Source: Octopus sinensis (Eukaryota). From it: a stretch of DNA of 64,000 nt. The notes beneath the pieces were generated by a model. It was given only the letters and a program-made list of their open reading frames with translations, ran no database searches and was not told the origin of the DNA. Both the position numbers and the translations under genes were made by a program. The stretch's first letter is position 1. Every line of letters starts with the position of its first letter. The DNA lies in the NCBI RefSeq assembly GCF_006345805.1, contig NC_043002.1, positions 71,920,001 to 71,984,000 of the forward strand, in the 5' to 3' direction. This document shows positions 38,423-57,009 of this stretch, one piece after another.

Positions 38423-38922
38423 GGCGGCGAGCTGGCAGAAACGTTAGCACGCCGGGCGAAATGCTTTACGGTATTTCGTCTGCGGGCAACGTTCTGAGTT
38501 CAAATTCCGCCGATGTCGACTTTGCCTTTCATCCTTTCGGGGTCGATTAAATAAGTACCAGTTACGCACAGGGGTTGATGTAATGGATTTAATACCTATG
38601 TCTGTCCTTTTCTGTCCCCTCTATGTTTAGCCCCTTGTAGGTAATAAAGAAATAGGTATTTTGTCTGCCGCTACGTTCTGAGTTCAAAGTCCGCCGAGGT
38701 CGACTTTGCCTTTCATCCCTTCGGGGTCGATTAAATAAGTACCAGTTACGCACTGGGCCGATATAATCGACTTAATCCGTTTGTTTTTCCTCTCTGTGTT
38801 TGGCCCCTTGTGGATAGTAAAGAAATAGGTATTTCGTCTGCGATACGTTCTGAGTTCAAATTCCGCCGAGGTCGACTTTGCTTTTCATCTTTTCGGGGTC
38901 GATAAATTAAGTACTAGTTGCA
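38423..38922 (+). mobile_element. Three-unit head-to-tail family B SINE array
   Basis: Units restart at GGTATTT(C/T)GTC at 38655 and 38828, each directly after ...AAAGAAATA. Confidence 0.92.
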
Positions 38923-41109
38923 TTCTGTGTGTGTGTGTGTGTGTGTTCATTGAAGGAGGCTTGGATAAAGATTATCCCTTCAACATATCCGACAGATGTA
39001 AAACATTTGATGGTCGAATATCTGCAAAGAAACGCAAAATGCATATCATCGGAAGAATACAAAACAATCGCATGGCTTACTGAAATGAGATTCCGACCCT
39101 CAAACCTTAGCTATTGCACCTGTGAATTCTAGGGATGAAGATGTAACGTATGAAGATCATGGAGTAAATGATGAGCTGGTTACTTTACTGAACCTTTTCA
39201 TAATCCATCGATTGTAAACAACTGTTATACAACTGTAACAGGGCAATGACAAGTTAATGCAGTTTTCATCACTTTGTACAAAAGTAGAAGGTAGCACACC
39301 AGTTTGCGGTCAGATAGACAAAGACCCATCACAGGGTTGCCATAGTTGCAGGAAAATATGCGAATCAGAAACTGAATTCATGGACGAACGGTTAAGAAGT
39401 TTGTTTCATAACCACGATGTCCCGGTTTCGATCCTTTTGCGTGACGCCTTGGGCAAATGCCGCTTTCCAAGCTTCGGATCAATTCGTACATTGGGAATAA
39501 ATTTGGGTTGACAGTATCAATGTAGAACCCCGTTGAGTACTACACCTGTAATTCAAAATGTATGGCCTTGTCACACTCATTGTGCCACGCTTATTCTGCA
39601 TGAAAATTATGTCAAGGGTTTTATGTGTTTCTTGAGTACTCAGCCATATATACATTATTACATGAGCAAGTAATTCAGTAGATCGAACAATTGAATTCAC
39701 ATCGTCGATCGATGGGATCGACCACGATATTCGGTAAATCAACGAATGAGCACTTCGCTCAAATGTGTGCACAGCACAACATTGTTACATATTCTTTGTA
39801 GCATCGACACATTATATTTATAGTAAGCATTTTCTTTTCAGTCATATTCGTCACGTACGTCGAATTCTTTCCCCTTTTTCTTTCTACTTCTATTTTTCCT
39901 TCTACTTTCATTTTTCCTTCTACATCTTTTTCCCCCTTGTGTGTATCTCTCTCTTACCCATTTCTTCTTCTCTTTATACACTTTTTATGAAAATGAGGGA
40001 TATTCATTGAGCGATATGCATTGTAATGCGAAAAGGCAATTCTTTTATGTCTCACATCTGTATATGATCTTCGTACACATATATTACGGTCACTATTTTC
40101 CCCATTTTTATTTTCATTCTATGCATGATTCTTATCTTCGCTTTTATATTACATAATATAACTGTTTGATCTTTCTTACAAGCGTTTTAACTATTGTGCT
40201 GTCTCACCATTCATAGATTCAACAATATTTAATACCATACATTTTAACTGTCTCCCCTTTGGGTAGCATTGTATTTCAGTTCTGACATCATATTTGTCAA
40301 CTGTAAGCAGCTATTCTACCACAATATTTGTAACGTATCTCTATTTGTAAAAGGCTGACTGTTATACATACGTCTATAGCTATTGTATCTCTTCAATTTT
40401 TATTTGTTATCCATCATAAGTTGGCTCAACTTATGATGAATAACTCCTATTCTATTATCTATTTTAGAGTGTGTGGCCGAGATTACACCGGGAAGCAGAT
40501 AACAAGCTGACAGCTGTTTGCAATACGTTGTTGGCACTCTATCGGTCATGTTATCTAAGTAGTGCAACGGCTGTAACATACTGTAGTCTTTGTCAAAACT
40601 ATTGAAATAATTTTAGTCTTTGAGCTAATCTCCTCTTCACATTAGTATTTCTAATTACGTTACTGATATTCTAGACATTTTCATCCTTACTTAACCCGTA
40701 AATAACCCGGCTCAAATCTCTATCAATAGGCAAATCAATGAAAGAACGCGTTATTGTGGGCAGAAGTAGCATTATAACACTGATGTTTGTTTCATTAGCT
40801 TGTTGTATTTGTTTCAATTTTTACTGAGCGTCGGTTTCAAGCACTCAATCTAAACCTACACACACCACAACAACATAAAGATCTTAATGGTTTCCTAATA
40901 ACAAATGATATCGATCTGTACTTAATAATGACAGATCCTGAATCAATTTATATTGAGTTCCTCACAGCAAAATATTTCATCCTGCCATATAATCGCAATT
41001 GATCTAATTTCCTTTTGTGCAAGTTGCCATTTGTTTTGGAAAGATCTGAGCCTTTTAATGCATTCTACATAACTGTATTTTTTTATCCATTCTTAATATA
41101 CCCTGGTAA

Positions 41110-41480
41110 ATTTAAAGATGAACGTCTGGTCGTTAATGATTTCGTCATCGGAGAACAACTACTCTTCTTCAGGATGTGTGTTAATAATACAGGATTCATC
41201 GGTTTGATGATTTCTATAAACAAGAGCTCGTGCTCTTGTCAAATAATAATAATAATAATAATGAGAAGAAGAAGAAGAAGAAGAAGAAGAAGAAGAAGAA
41301 GAAGAAGAAGAAGAAGAAGAAGAAGAGAAGAAGAAGAAGGAAGATTTAAACATGAACGTCTGATCGTTGATGATTTCGTCACCAGAGAACAACTACTCTT
41401 TCTTCAGGATGTGTGTTAATAGTACGGGATTCATCGGTTTGATCATTTCTGTAAAACAAGAGCTCGTGCTCTTGTCAAAT
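41110..41480. repeat. ~135-bp direct repeats flanking an (AAT)n(AAG)n microsatellite
   Basis: ATTTAAA(G/C)ATGAACGTCTG...CAAGAGCTCGTGCTCTTGTCAAAT at 41110-41244 and 41344-41480. Confidence 0.9.
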
Positions 41481-42351
41481 TCATCAGAGGTAGTTTCAAC
41501 TGGAGAGTCACACAATATGATCGAAATGCTGAAATGTCACGAAGTCCCCTTACACCGGTGAACCACATCTAAAACAGAGATGATCTTTGTTGAAGAAAAG
41601 TAAAAGCGAACAAATATTCACGTTCGAATCTACCAGAATTCAGAATAAGTAGATACGCTATCATTTAGATTAGCGGTTTTCAACCATTTTTTGCCTTTAG
41701 AAACCTTTGATTCCTATTTTCATCATTCCATGTTTAAAAAAAAGATTGTGTAAAAAAGATCATTAAAATATTTTCTGTTCTGTAGAAGTACAACCAATTT
41801 TTTGCGCATTGGATACCTACAGAAGCAGTAAACAGAGTGCGGATTAATGTTCGTACCTGACGTTACTACACAAAAATGAAACTTTAAAAACTGTGCTGTT
41901 TTACAGAACAGGGAAGATGAAAGTAACATTCCTACAAAAATTACTTCGTCGACTTTTATAACTTCAAGTTAAACTGCAGCTGATTTTTAAACATTTATCA
42001 TAATCGTCTTCCTCATCGCATCAACTTATCGTTGCGGTTAAGTCCACTTCTCGTGTGTTTATCAAAAAAATAGTAATTTTTTTTCAATTACAGCATTTTT
42101 GAATAGTTTCAATTTTTATAATTTACCTTTGAATTTTCTGGACAATATTCCCCACAATCCGTCGCTTTGCTTTGTTTTTTTATTCATTTTTTTTTACTTA
42201 TACTTTTTACTTCTTGCTAAGTGTTATTAATCATAGATGTTTTGATGTTATTCTTTGATTTTCTTTTTTCTCTCGTGTATTTCTAACATTAATAGTAACC
42301 TATGACATTTTGACCTTGTAGATCGCTCTCTTACTATCTATCTCACTCTCT

Positions 42352-42468
<117 letters not shown>

Positions 42469-43012
42469 GTGTGTGTGAGTGTGTGTATCTGTTAATGGAT
42501 TCTCCTCTGCTTCCTCTCTTCTCCGCTTCCTCGCTCAAATTACATCAATCCTTTTATGAATCCATTTTTATATTGCCAAATTCCATATTTCTCATTTTTT
42601 GATAATTTCTTGTAACCTGAATCACAGTTAACCTTACGATTTTATTTGTCTTTGATTCATTTTTCGCAATTTTAATTCCAGAAAAGATACGCTTTTTCGC
42701 TTTCTGTCTCATTCGAACATAGATACATCAGCAGTTTCCGCTATAAATTTCGCAGTTTTGTTTAGATTGAGATTTATTAATATTTCTGGTATTTTTTCTC
42801 GAGTAATTTATTCAGAACCTCTCTAACTTGGTATTTTCTTTAATTGTAATAAATATTATTTTTCTTGCATTACTTTCTAAATTCATTTTATTTCATAGGC
42901 TGACTTCAGTATCGTACAGTGCTTAAGACTGCGTTTATTCATTATATACAAAGTAATTTCCTATTTGAGTTCTCAATAAAAGAGATAATAACACTCTCAA
43001 ATTTGACACAAT

Positions 43013-43441
43013 ACCAGCAAATTTGAAAGGAGGAAGAAGTAGATAACAACGGCTCCACTGCTCGACTGGTGCTTACTTCATCGATCCTGGAGTGATTAAA
43101 AGCAATTTCGACTTTTGTAGAATTTGAACTCTAAACCTTAAGACGGACGAAATCTACTAAGTATTTTACCCGTCGTGCTAACGATTCTGCCAGCTCGCCG
43201 ACTTCATAATAATCCTTTACACTATAGGGACAAGGCCAGAAAATTTGAGGGGGAGTGGGGTTAGTCGAATTCAGCGGAGCCAGTGCTCGACTGGTACTTA
43301 TTTCATAGTCCGACAAGATGAAAGTCAAAATTGACTTCGGAGAAAATTTGAACTCACTACGTACAGACGGATCAAATGCCTGCACTAAGCATTTTGCCTG
43401 CATTAAGCATTTTACCATCCAAACGATTTGGCTAGCTCGCT
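43013..43441 (-). mobile_element. Two tandem family B SINE copies
   Basis: CTCGACTGGTRCTTA...ATTTGAACTC...CCAGCTCGC / CTAGCTCGC, twice. Confidence 0.75.
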
Positions 43442-43452
43442 AACAACTAATA

Positions 43453-43834
43453 AGAGCACTCCGTCGGTTGCGACGATGAGGGTCCCAGCTGATACGATCA
43501 ACGGAACCGCTTGCTCGTGATTTTAACGTGCAAGTGGCTGAGCACTCCACAGACACGTGTACCCCTAACGTAGTTCTCGAGGAGATTCAGCGTGACACAG
43601 ATTGTGACAAGGCTGGCCCTTTGAAATACAGGTACAACAGAAACAGGAAGAAAGAGCGAGAGAAACTTGTGGTGAAAGAGTACAGCAGGGTTCACCACCA
43701 TCCCCTGCCGGAGCCTCGTGGAGCTTTAGGTGTTTTCGCTCAATAAACACTCACAATGCCCGGTCTGGGAATCGAAACCGCGATCCCCCGACCGCGAGTC
43801 CGCTGCCCTAACCACTGGGCCATTGCGCCTCCAC
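43453..43834 (-). mobile_element. tRNA-SINE head type D + tail X, near full length
   Basis: Reverse complement of GTGGAGGCGCAATGGCCCAGTGGTTAGGGCAGCGG...GGTTTCGATTCCCAGACC...AACCGACGGAGTGCTCT. Confidence 0.9.
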
Positions 43835-43859
43835 CGCTAACAACTACAGCAACAACAAC

Positions 43860-43904
<45 letters not shown>

Positions 43905-43921
43905 TAATAATAATAATAATA

Positions 43922-46305
43922 AGCAAAAAAAAGCAAACCTAACTAGGTTTGAACAACGGATTAAGCAATACCAGCAAAACAAATTGTTTAGAACCAACCA
44001 AAATGGACTATCAAGAGATTAATGACAATGAAAAAGATGAAAGATTAAGTCCCTGATGCTGATGAAAGTCGACTATAAGAGGGTAAGATATGGAGTAAGC
44101 AAGAACAACATAATATTACAGCTGAATGGCTCTGCAGCCTGAAGCAAACAGCTTCTTATCCCTAGCAAGAGGCTATCCACTGCACAGAAGACAGTATCAG
44201 AAATATGAGTAAAAAGATAAGCGACTGGAGAGCAGCGGGATCTGATGGTGTACAGAGGTTTGGGATAAAAAAGTTCAGTAGTTGCTTTAAATTGGTCGCA
44301 GAACAATTTAATGCATTGATCAATGGAAAAGGTGAATCCCGGGCTGGTTGACAAAAGGACAAACTGTGTTGTGCCTGAAGGATGCATCAAAGGAAGATGT
44401 TGCTGACAATTACAGAACAATTTCCTGCCCCCTCCCGTTAATGTGGAAGTTACTGTCAGGAGGAATTGCAAAAGAATTGTATAAATTTCTTGATGAGAAC
44501 GATATATAACCGCCAGAGCACAAAAGCTGTAGAAGGAGATGCAGAGGTACCAAATATCAATTATTGATAGACAAAATATTAATGCAAGATTGTAAACGAA
44601 GGAGAACAAATCTAGGAATGGCCTGGACTTGCTATCGCAAAGCTTATGATATGATTCCACATTCGTGGATCATCGATTACTTAGATCTGTTCGGAATTGT
44701 GAGGAATGTAACGTGTTTCCTGAAAGGATGGAAAACTGAACTGACATCTTACAGAAAAAGCTTGGGTACTCTGGATATCAGAAGAGGGATTTTCCAGGGT
44801 GACCGCCTATCTCCGTTGCTTTTCGTTCTCTGCATGACACCGCTGACCTTGGTACTCAGGAAAATGACCTTGGGAAACCAACTAAAGGAAAAATTCCAAA
44901 CAATCAACTGCCTCCTCTTCATGGATGATTTGAAGCTGTATTGCAGCGGTGAGACACAAGTGAGTTCCTAGGTAAACACGGTCCACTGTTTTAGTACTGA
45001 TATTAAAATAGAATTTGGACTGCTGAAGTGCGGAGTAATCTACCTAAAAGGAATCGAGGTACAGTCCCTAGCAGGGACAGAATAGCCCGACTAGAGACTT
45101 GATTAAGCAAATTGAAACGGAAGGATACAAATACCTTGGTGTACTTGAGTGCAACGAGATAATCGAAAACGAATTGAAAGAGCAACTGAGGATGGAGTAT
45201 TTCCGCTTAAAATTGACTGGATGGAATAAAATCCAAGCAGTTAGTGCGTGGGAAATAGTATTACTTGGTATGGAGCGGGAATTAGAAAAATGGCAAAGGA
45301 GATAAATGAAGAAAATGGATACCAAGACCAGAAAAATGTTGACAGTACACGAACCTTCGACCCTAAGAGTGACACCGATAGGCTGTACTTGTCTAGAAGA
45401 AAAGTAGGGAGAGATTTGATCAGTCGCCAGGACTGTATCGAAGAAGAGGAAAATAGCCTAGGGTGGTATATAAAAAATACCGTGGAGCTTCTATTGAAAC
45501 ACACGAAGAAGGCCGGCGTCATCAAAACTGAAAATCGTGTAACTAAAGAAAAATTAAAACAAGAAATGAACAAAAAAAGAAAGAGCATGGAAGGGAAAGG
45601 ATATACGGTCAGTTTGCAAGAGATGTGAAGGCCAAGACATACCGAGGAGCGGTGGCTATGGGTGAGGAGGAGGGACCTGAAGATAGAGCTTGAAGCACTG
45701 ATATGCGCAGCTCAGAAACAAGCGTTAAGGACCAAGTATATGAAATGCAGAATTGACAACACTACACAAATGCAGAATGTGTTGAAAGGGGTGAAACGGA
45801 ATGGGACATCGCTAGCGAATGCCCGAAATTGGCACAACGCGGATACAAACGACGTTGTGACAATGTGGCAAGAATGATCCATTGGGAGCTCTGTGGAAAT
45901 CACAGCCTACAAATAGCAAAGACGTGGAAATCACAGCCTACAAAGAGCAAACCCCAGGAGTCACCGAAAATGAGAACTGCAAAGTCCTGTGGTATGTAAT
46001 AATCCAGCACAATCACTTGACCAGACATAGGAAACTGGACATCGTTGTGGTGAATAAAGAAGAAAGAACATGTATGATAATCGACATAGTATGTCCCGAT
46101 GACAATAGGATCAATGTGAATGAAGAAGAAAAAATAAACAACTACGACGATTTAAAGTAGGAAGGTTGTGGTTAATGATGAGAGGAGACGTTATATCGAT
46201 ACTAATTGGTGCACTTGGAAGTATCAGCACTCAACTACCAACATGGCTGAAAAAGATCGGTGCGAGTGTGACGGTACAACACCTACAAAAATCAGCATTG
46301 CTCGA
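43922..46305 (+). mobile_element. Degenerate 5'-truncated R4/Dong-clade non-LTR retrotransposon (RT + Zn knuckle + RLE endonuclease), abutting (TAA)n
   Basis: RFEQRIKQYQQNKLFRTNQK; [17 protein letters not shown]; [15 protein letters not shown]; LLFMDDLKL; KVLW...RKLDIVVVNKEERTCMIIDIVCPDD; LIGALGS...HLQKSALL; (TAA)n at 43860-43921. Confidence 0.88.
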
Positions 46306-47029
46306 CAGGCAGAGGGCGTTGATTGCCCCATGGCATTTCAGATTTCAATAACGCCTTTCTAGCTTTGGTTCATTTCATGTTTTATCCATCTAACTAGTAT
46401 CCTTGTTAGACATAAATCGGAAATGCAGTTAAATCGCATTAAATATTTTTCAGACAAACATGTTTGAAATAGCTGTCTATTTTGTATTTGTGCTATTCAT
46501 AGATATATCAATTTGTAGGAAAGCACAAAGAGTGTGTTCAGACATGTTGAGACTAGACCGCTACTTGGCTTAAACGTCTCAATTCATAGGTCTCCTTCGC
46601 TTTCAAATATTGAGCCTTTGTCTCAGATAAAGGATCTGGTATTAGCGTGCACGGTGATCTTTTGCAGGGAGTAGTCATTTAATTTTGTCTAATCGAGACA
46701 ATTCTTATCGTTGATTGAGGTTCGCGACAAATATACAACTGAAGCCACTACGAAAAATATGAATTCTTCAACGCCCCATCTTTCCTAACATTAATTGTTA
46801 GGGAATTGTATTCCTTTTCCAAAATTAGTCAAACTACAATTGAGTTTCCTCTCATTGATTTTAGATGTTCTATCTATTATTTCCCGTCGTTCTTAGTATG
46901 ATTTATTATCTTTTATCATCATTGGCGCCACATCACTGTCATGTGTCTGTTATTTGAACTTCGTCTTTTCTTCAATAATTTCTAATAATTTCATATATTT
47001 CAATGAGCCGCTCATATGCCCTTCTAGTT

Positions 47030-47219
47030 CGGACATCGGTACCCTTCCTGTCAAGAGTCCCAGATGAGCCTACCTCACGGCAAGAGGGGCAAATGAGAGT
47101 AGCAGTATCAAATTCCATTCTTCACCAAGTGCCACATATTAGACGAGGTTCGTCGCAATAACATGTAGCACAAAACGGCGGTGCATCAGCATGGCCGCAG
47201 CTCTGAGCTGAAACTAGAA

Positions 47220-47225
<6 letters not shown>
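47030..47225 (+). mobile_element. CR1-group LINE 3' fragment
   Basis: FLSRVPDEPTSRQ...; GGCGGTGCATCAGCATGGCCGCAGCTCTGAGCTGAAACTAG. Confidence 0.8.
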
Positions 47226-48215
<990 letters not shown>

Positions 48216-49761
48216 TAGGGCTTAGTAAAATAAATTACTTTGCCACATAGTGAACTTAGTAGAAATAGCAGCCCAAAAAATTTTTTTACCCATTTCTACT
48301 ACTTAAAGAAAATTTCTCTCAGATAATGTTTACTCCAGACAGCTCACGAAGGTTTGGAGGTAAATACAGAAAAATATCACAAGTACATAGATCGTTTGAG
48401 TATATATATATATATATATACATGCCTCATTGTGTTTGTTTTCAATGTGTTTGTGTTCCATGCATGTATATTGGAATACGTGTACATAATAAAACATGAA
48501 AGAGCAAAGCATGAATTGTAATGAAAGTGACTAAAATAAACAAATGCTAATGTAAATCAAAAATGTTAACCATGAAAATATCGATTCAAAATCCTCCATT
48601 GTGTTCAAAGATGATACTAACAGCTTATTGAATCCCCTCTTAATTTATACACTAATAATGGCCGCATCATATTAAGTTAATGTATAAAAGGCAGCTAGCC
48701 GACACAACATGGCGTAGCAGCTACGGTAGTTCTTATGCTGTCACCAAGACAACACTTTCTTTCTCAGCCACATGACTTAAAATAGCCTATTCAGATAGTT
48801 CCAAATTACTATTTTGAATTGTTTTACAGCAGCAGTATGGTATGACTAGCCCCACATAATTTTATTATTCACTAAAATGTTTATGAAATTTATATGCATA
48901 TAGAAATATAACCCAGGCTCGTCTTAATATTTGCCTTCAGCGAATCACTGGCAGTAAATTTTGAATTAATTGAAACATTATTTAAAAATTCAATATAAAA
49001 TTTGAAATTTAATTGTCTGTTATCAAAACGTATTAGTTACATATAAAAGACAATACTCTGTCAATAATTATACTCATATTAGCAAGAATTATCTTAATTA
49101 ATGCGTAATTAAATCATAGCCTCTCTCCATTTATTTTATTATTATGTTTGCGAAAGAATGAAGATAATGTTTAGAAGATTTTCATTGTGTTTTTTGTAAG
49201 CATGTTGTTGGTGGAATGTGTTTATTTGCAAGCAGTGATTACAATTGATGTTAAACAAGCAAGAAATGATTTGTGAATTTATACCATTGCGAACTTGCTA
49301 AGTTTATGAAACTAAATATTCTACAAATGTAGGCAAATTTTTCAAAAGCAGTTAATATTGTTCGTATTGTATTTGCCTCCTGCCCTAGAATCCTGATTCT
49401 TCAGTATAGATATGCAGATAATGATTCAAATAAACTCGCTTGGTATTGATATCTAAAATACGCATGCATGCATACATACACTCATGTAAATATATATAGG
49501 GACATAGAGAAAGAGGCGCAAAAACTGAAAATATTCAGAAGTTGAACGCACGTGTGTGGGCATACAGATATTTATATATTTACAGAACAAATTTACATGT
49601 AGTACAAAAAATACAGAAAACTAGGAGGGATATTTCAGGTCCGACAACTATTTCTAGCGGTTCGATATTACGTAACAATTGTAATATTAGTAGATGGAAT
49701 GTGCAAAACGTGAAGGATATGCAACCAGTAGTGGAGGCATATGGACATTACCGCACGTATG

Positions 49762-54070
<4,309 letters not shown>

Positions 54071-54194
54071 TAATATATATATATATATATATATATATTG
54101 TATGTATGTATGTATGTATTGTGTATGTATGTAGTATTGAAATATATATAATGGTATATACATATATGCGTGTGTGTATGAGAGTTGTGTGTGT

Positions 54195-54325
54195 GTGTGC
54201 TGGTGTGGCTGTGTTGTAAGAAGCTTGCGTGCTCAGTCCCACTGCGTGGCAACTTGGGCAAGTGTCTTCTGCTATAGCCTCGGGCCGACGAAAAGCTTGT
54301 GAGCGGATTTGGTACACGGAAACAT
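54195..54325 (+). mobile_element. SINE family C 5' fragment
   Basis: GTGTGGCTGTGTTGTAAGAAGCTTGC...CTCAGTCCCACTGCGTGGCAACTTGGGCAAGTGTCTTC...GGATTTGGTACACGGAAAC. Confidence 0.8.
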
Positions 54326-54340
54326 ATAATATGTGCGAAT

Positions 54341-54593
54341 GTGTATGGCTCACTGGTTAGAGCATCGCACTATCACTCATAAGGTAGTGAATTCGATTCC
54401 CAGACCGAGCACTTTGTTGTGCTCTTGAGCAAGACACTTTATTTCACCTAGCTCCAGTTCACTCAGCTGTAGAAATTAGTTATGTTGGATAACATCGCTG
54501 GTATGCATGTGTGACATATAAACACTTGTACCTCGGAGAGTAACTTTCTAAGAGCAATCCCATGGTCATTCATGACTGAGGGTGCCTTTACCC
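54341..54593 (+). mobile_element. tRNA-SINE head type A + tail Y
   Basis: TGGCTCACTGGTTAGAGC...GAATTCGATTCCC...TCTTGAGCAAGACACTTTATTTCAC...GTAACTTTCTAAGAGCAATCCCATGGTCATTCATGAC. Confidence 0.8.
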
Positions 54594-54625
54594 TTTTTTT
54601 ATTTCTCTAATATATATATATATAT

Positions 54626-54663
<38 letters not shown>

Positions 54664-54687
54664 ATATATATATATATATATAATATA

Positions 54688-54718
<31 letters not shown>

Positions 54719-55021
54719 CAAAATGGGACAAGAATGCAAAACATCCAGACAGTTAGGATACAAGAAAGGGGCAACAAATCATCCAGATAAACGATACAAA
54801 GAAAACAAGGATGAGTCATTCGGAGTTTTCTTTCCTCAGTCGAGTTCCAGATTTTGTTTGCAATTTCGGCTGGTTATACTCGAGATTGCTCCAATCTGGA
54901 AAAATGAAGCTAAGATCATTAAATTCCTTGGAAGAAAGCAGCGAATGTATACGAAAACAAGGGCGGAAAAAACGGAGAAGGTTACACAAATATAAATAAT
55001 AGGACATAACAGCATATATAT

Positions 55022-55025
55022 ACAT

Positions 55026-55060
<35 letters not shown>

Positions 55061-55102
55061 TAGATAGATAGATAGATAGATAGATAAGACAGACAGACAG
55101 AC

Positions 55103-55167
<65 letters not shown>

Positions 55168-55250
55168 TAGATAATGGTAGATAGATAGATAGATAGATAA
55201 TATAGATAGATAGATAATAGATAGATAATATATAGATAGATAGATAATAG
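55022..55250. repeat. (GATA)n/(GACA)n microsatellite
   Basis: Direct reading. Confidence 0.95.
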
Positions 55251-55384
55251 TTGACGAGTTAAGAAATAATTAAGATTCAGTACTTAATTTCAGCACCAAA
55301 TTTGTCCAGTATTGTCCGCGCACCTCGAAGTTAGGTGAATAAAAAGCCAACTGGTAACAAGAATGTGTGGGTGTGTGTGTGGAG

Positions 55385-55454
<70 letters not shown>

Positions 55455-55464
55455 GTGTGTGTGT

Positions 55465-55745
55465 AGGCAGCCATGCAGGGTACAAGCGTTGGCTGTGTTA
55501 CACCATGATTTGAAACCACCTCTATGTGGCATTTGGTGTATGAGGGAGTTTGATGCTGCCGCCCCCATCTGTGTTTCCTGCCGTGAGATAGGCTCATCTG
55601 GAAACCTTGACAAGAAGAGATCCAGTTTTGCTTTGAAGTCAACTACATCCATACCATGCATTTCTCTCAGGCATTTTGGAAGAATATTGAAGGACTGGGC
55701 ACTTGAAATCGAAGCTGTTGCAATATCTGATGCTGTATTTTGATG
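55465..55745 (-). mobile_element. CR1-group LINE 3' fragment
   Basis: MHGMDVVDFKAKLDLFLSRFPDEPISRQETQMGAAASNSLIHQ. Confidence 0.85.
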
Positions 55746-55820
55746 GTGATGCTGGGATATTTGACTCTATGCTGTTTGTGTACGTTTTTACATATGTGTG
55801 TGTATTTCTGTGTATATATC

Positions 55821-56107
55821 ACCGGGATCCCCGGTGTTGCTACAGATCGCTGGTCACAATGCGCTTCGCATTGTTTTAGCCTTCAAATGACGCCACCCAT
55901 CTGGCTAAGCGAACAGGCCAACAGAAGAAAGAGTGAGAGAAAGTTATGGCGAAAGAGTACAGCAGGCAGCGCCACCACCTCCTGCCTCGTGGAGCTTTTT
56001 ATGTGTTTTGGCTCAATAAACACTCATAAAGCCCGGTCTGGGAATCGAAACCGCGACCCTACGACCACGAGTCCGCTGCCCTAACCACTAGGTCATTGTG
56101 CCTCTAC
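55821..56107 (-). mobile_element. tRNA-SINE head type D + tail W
   Basis: Head matches 43690-43834; tail (...GCGCATTGTGACCAGCGATCTGTAGCAACAC) unrelated to tails X and Z. Confidence 0.85.
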
Positions 56108-56109
56108 CT

Positions 56110-56349
56110 GTGTGTATATATATGTATATATATACATATACATACATACATGCATACATACATACATACATACATACATACATACATACATACATACATA
56201 CATACATACATACATACACGCGCACACACACACACATATGCATAAATACAAATATACATACATATCTATATACATACGGGTATTCATACATATGCATATA
56301 TGCATATATACATAAATGTATAGCAGTGCCTGTGTTTGATTAAAAAATG

Positions 56350-56432
<83 letters not shown>

Positions 56433-56460
56433 AAAAATGAAAGAAAGAAAGAAAGAAAGA
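56110..56460. repeat. (CATA)n and (GAAA)n microsatellites
   Basis: Direct reading. Confidence 0.95.
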
Positions 56461-56975
56461 GGAGTGAATCATTTTATTGGTCACAACTTCTGATTTCATT
56501 AAATCAATATCCACTTATAATATTTCTCAACATTTATATTCAATAACTACGTAGTTATTTGTAGCTCAAACCGAATTTCCTTTCCACTCTACTTACTAGT
56601 TAGCCTTGCAACTGTTAACTGATGAATGGACAAACAGAGGTAGCTACTTTCTTTCTTTTTCGTTCGTGCTGTCTAAACATTATTTAGCGTTGATGAGTAA
56701 GTTAATGAAACCTGTTTGAAGTAACCTAAAATCTTTAACCCTGGCTTAGCTGCTGCCTCCCATCTTTGCTAAAGCAACGTTTTAGAGCTTTGTGGTGATC
56801 TCTTGGCGTAATACATCTTAGAATACGTTTGAAACAAATATTTATTTCTTGATCAGGAGTCAACAGTCTATCGCAGCTTCTTCAGACATATTTGATCTCC
56901 TGTTTACAAGAAATCAAGTATCTGCTGAGTTTGACTATGTATGTGCACGTGTATGTATGTATGTATGTATGTATG

Positions 56976-57009
<34 letters not shown>

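Noticed and set aside
41130-41495. Minus-strand CTGAAGA/CTGATGA followed by GAAA in the duplicated block
   Set aside because: No stem I partner or NUH triplet in register.
41670-41830. TAGCGGTTTTCAACCATTTTTT, resembling a hAT-type terminus
   Set aside because: No matching opposite terminus or 8-bp duplication found by eye.
48680-48730. TATAAAAGG followed by AACATGGCG (promoter-like)
   Set aside because: Short motifs are expected by chance in AT-rich DNA, and the following ATG is closed by a stop after two codons.
54720-55020. Purine-rich unique-looking block embedded in (TA)n, possibly another PLE-type terminal repeat
   Set aside because: Single copy in the window, and the minus-strand CTGAGGA lacks a proper GAAA/stem III, so it cannot be supported from this sequence alone.
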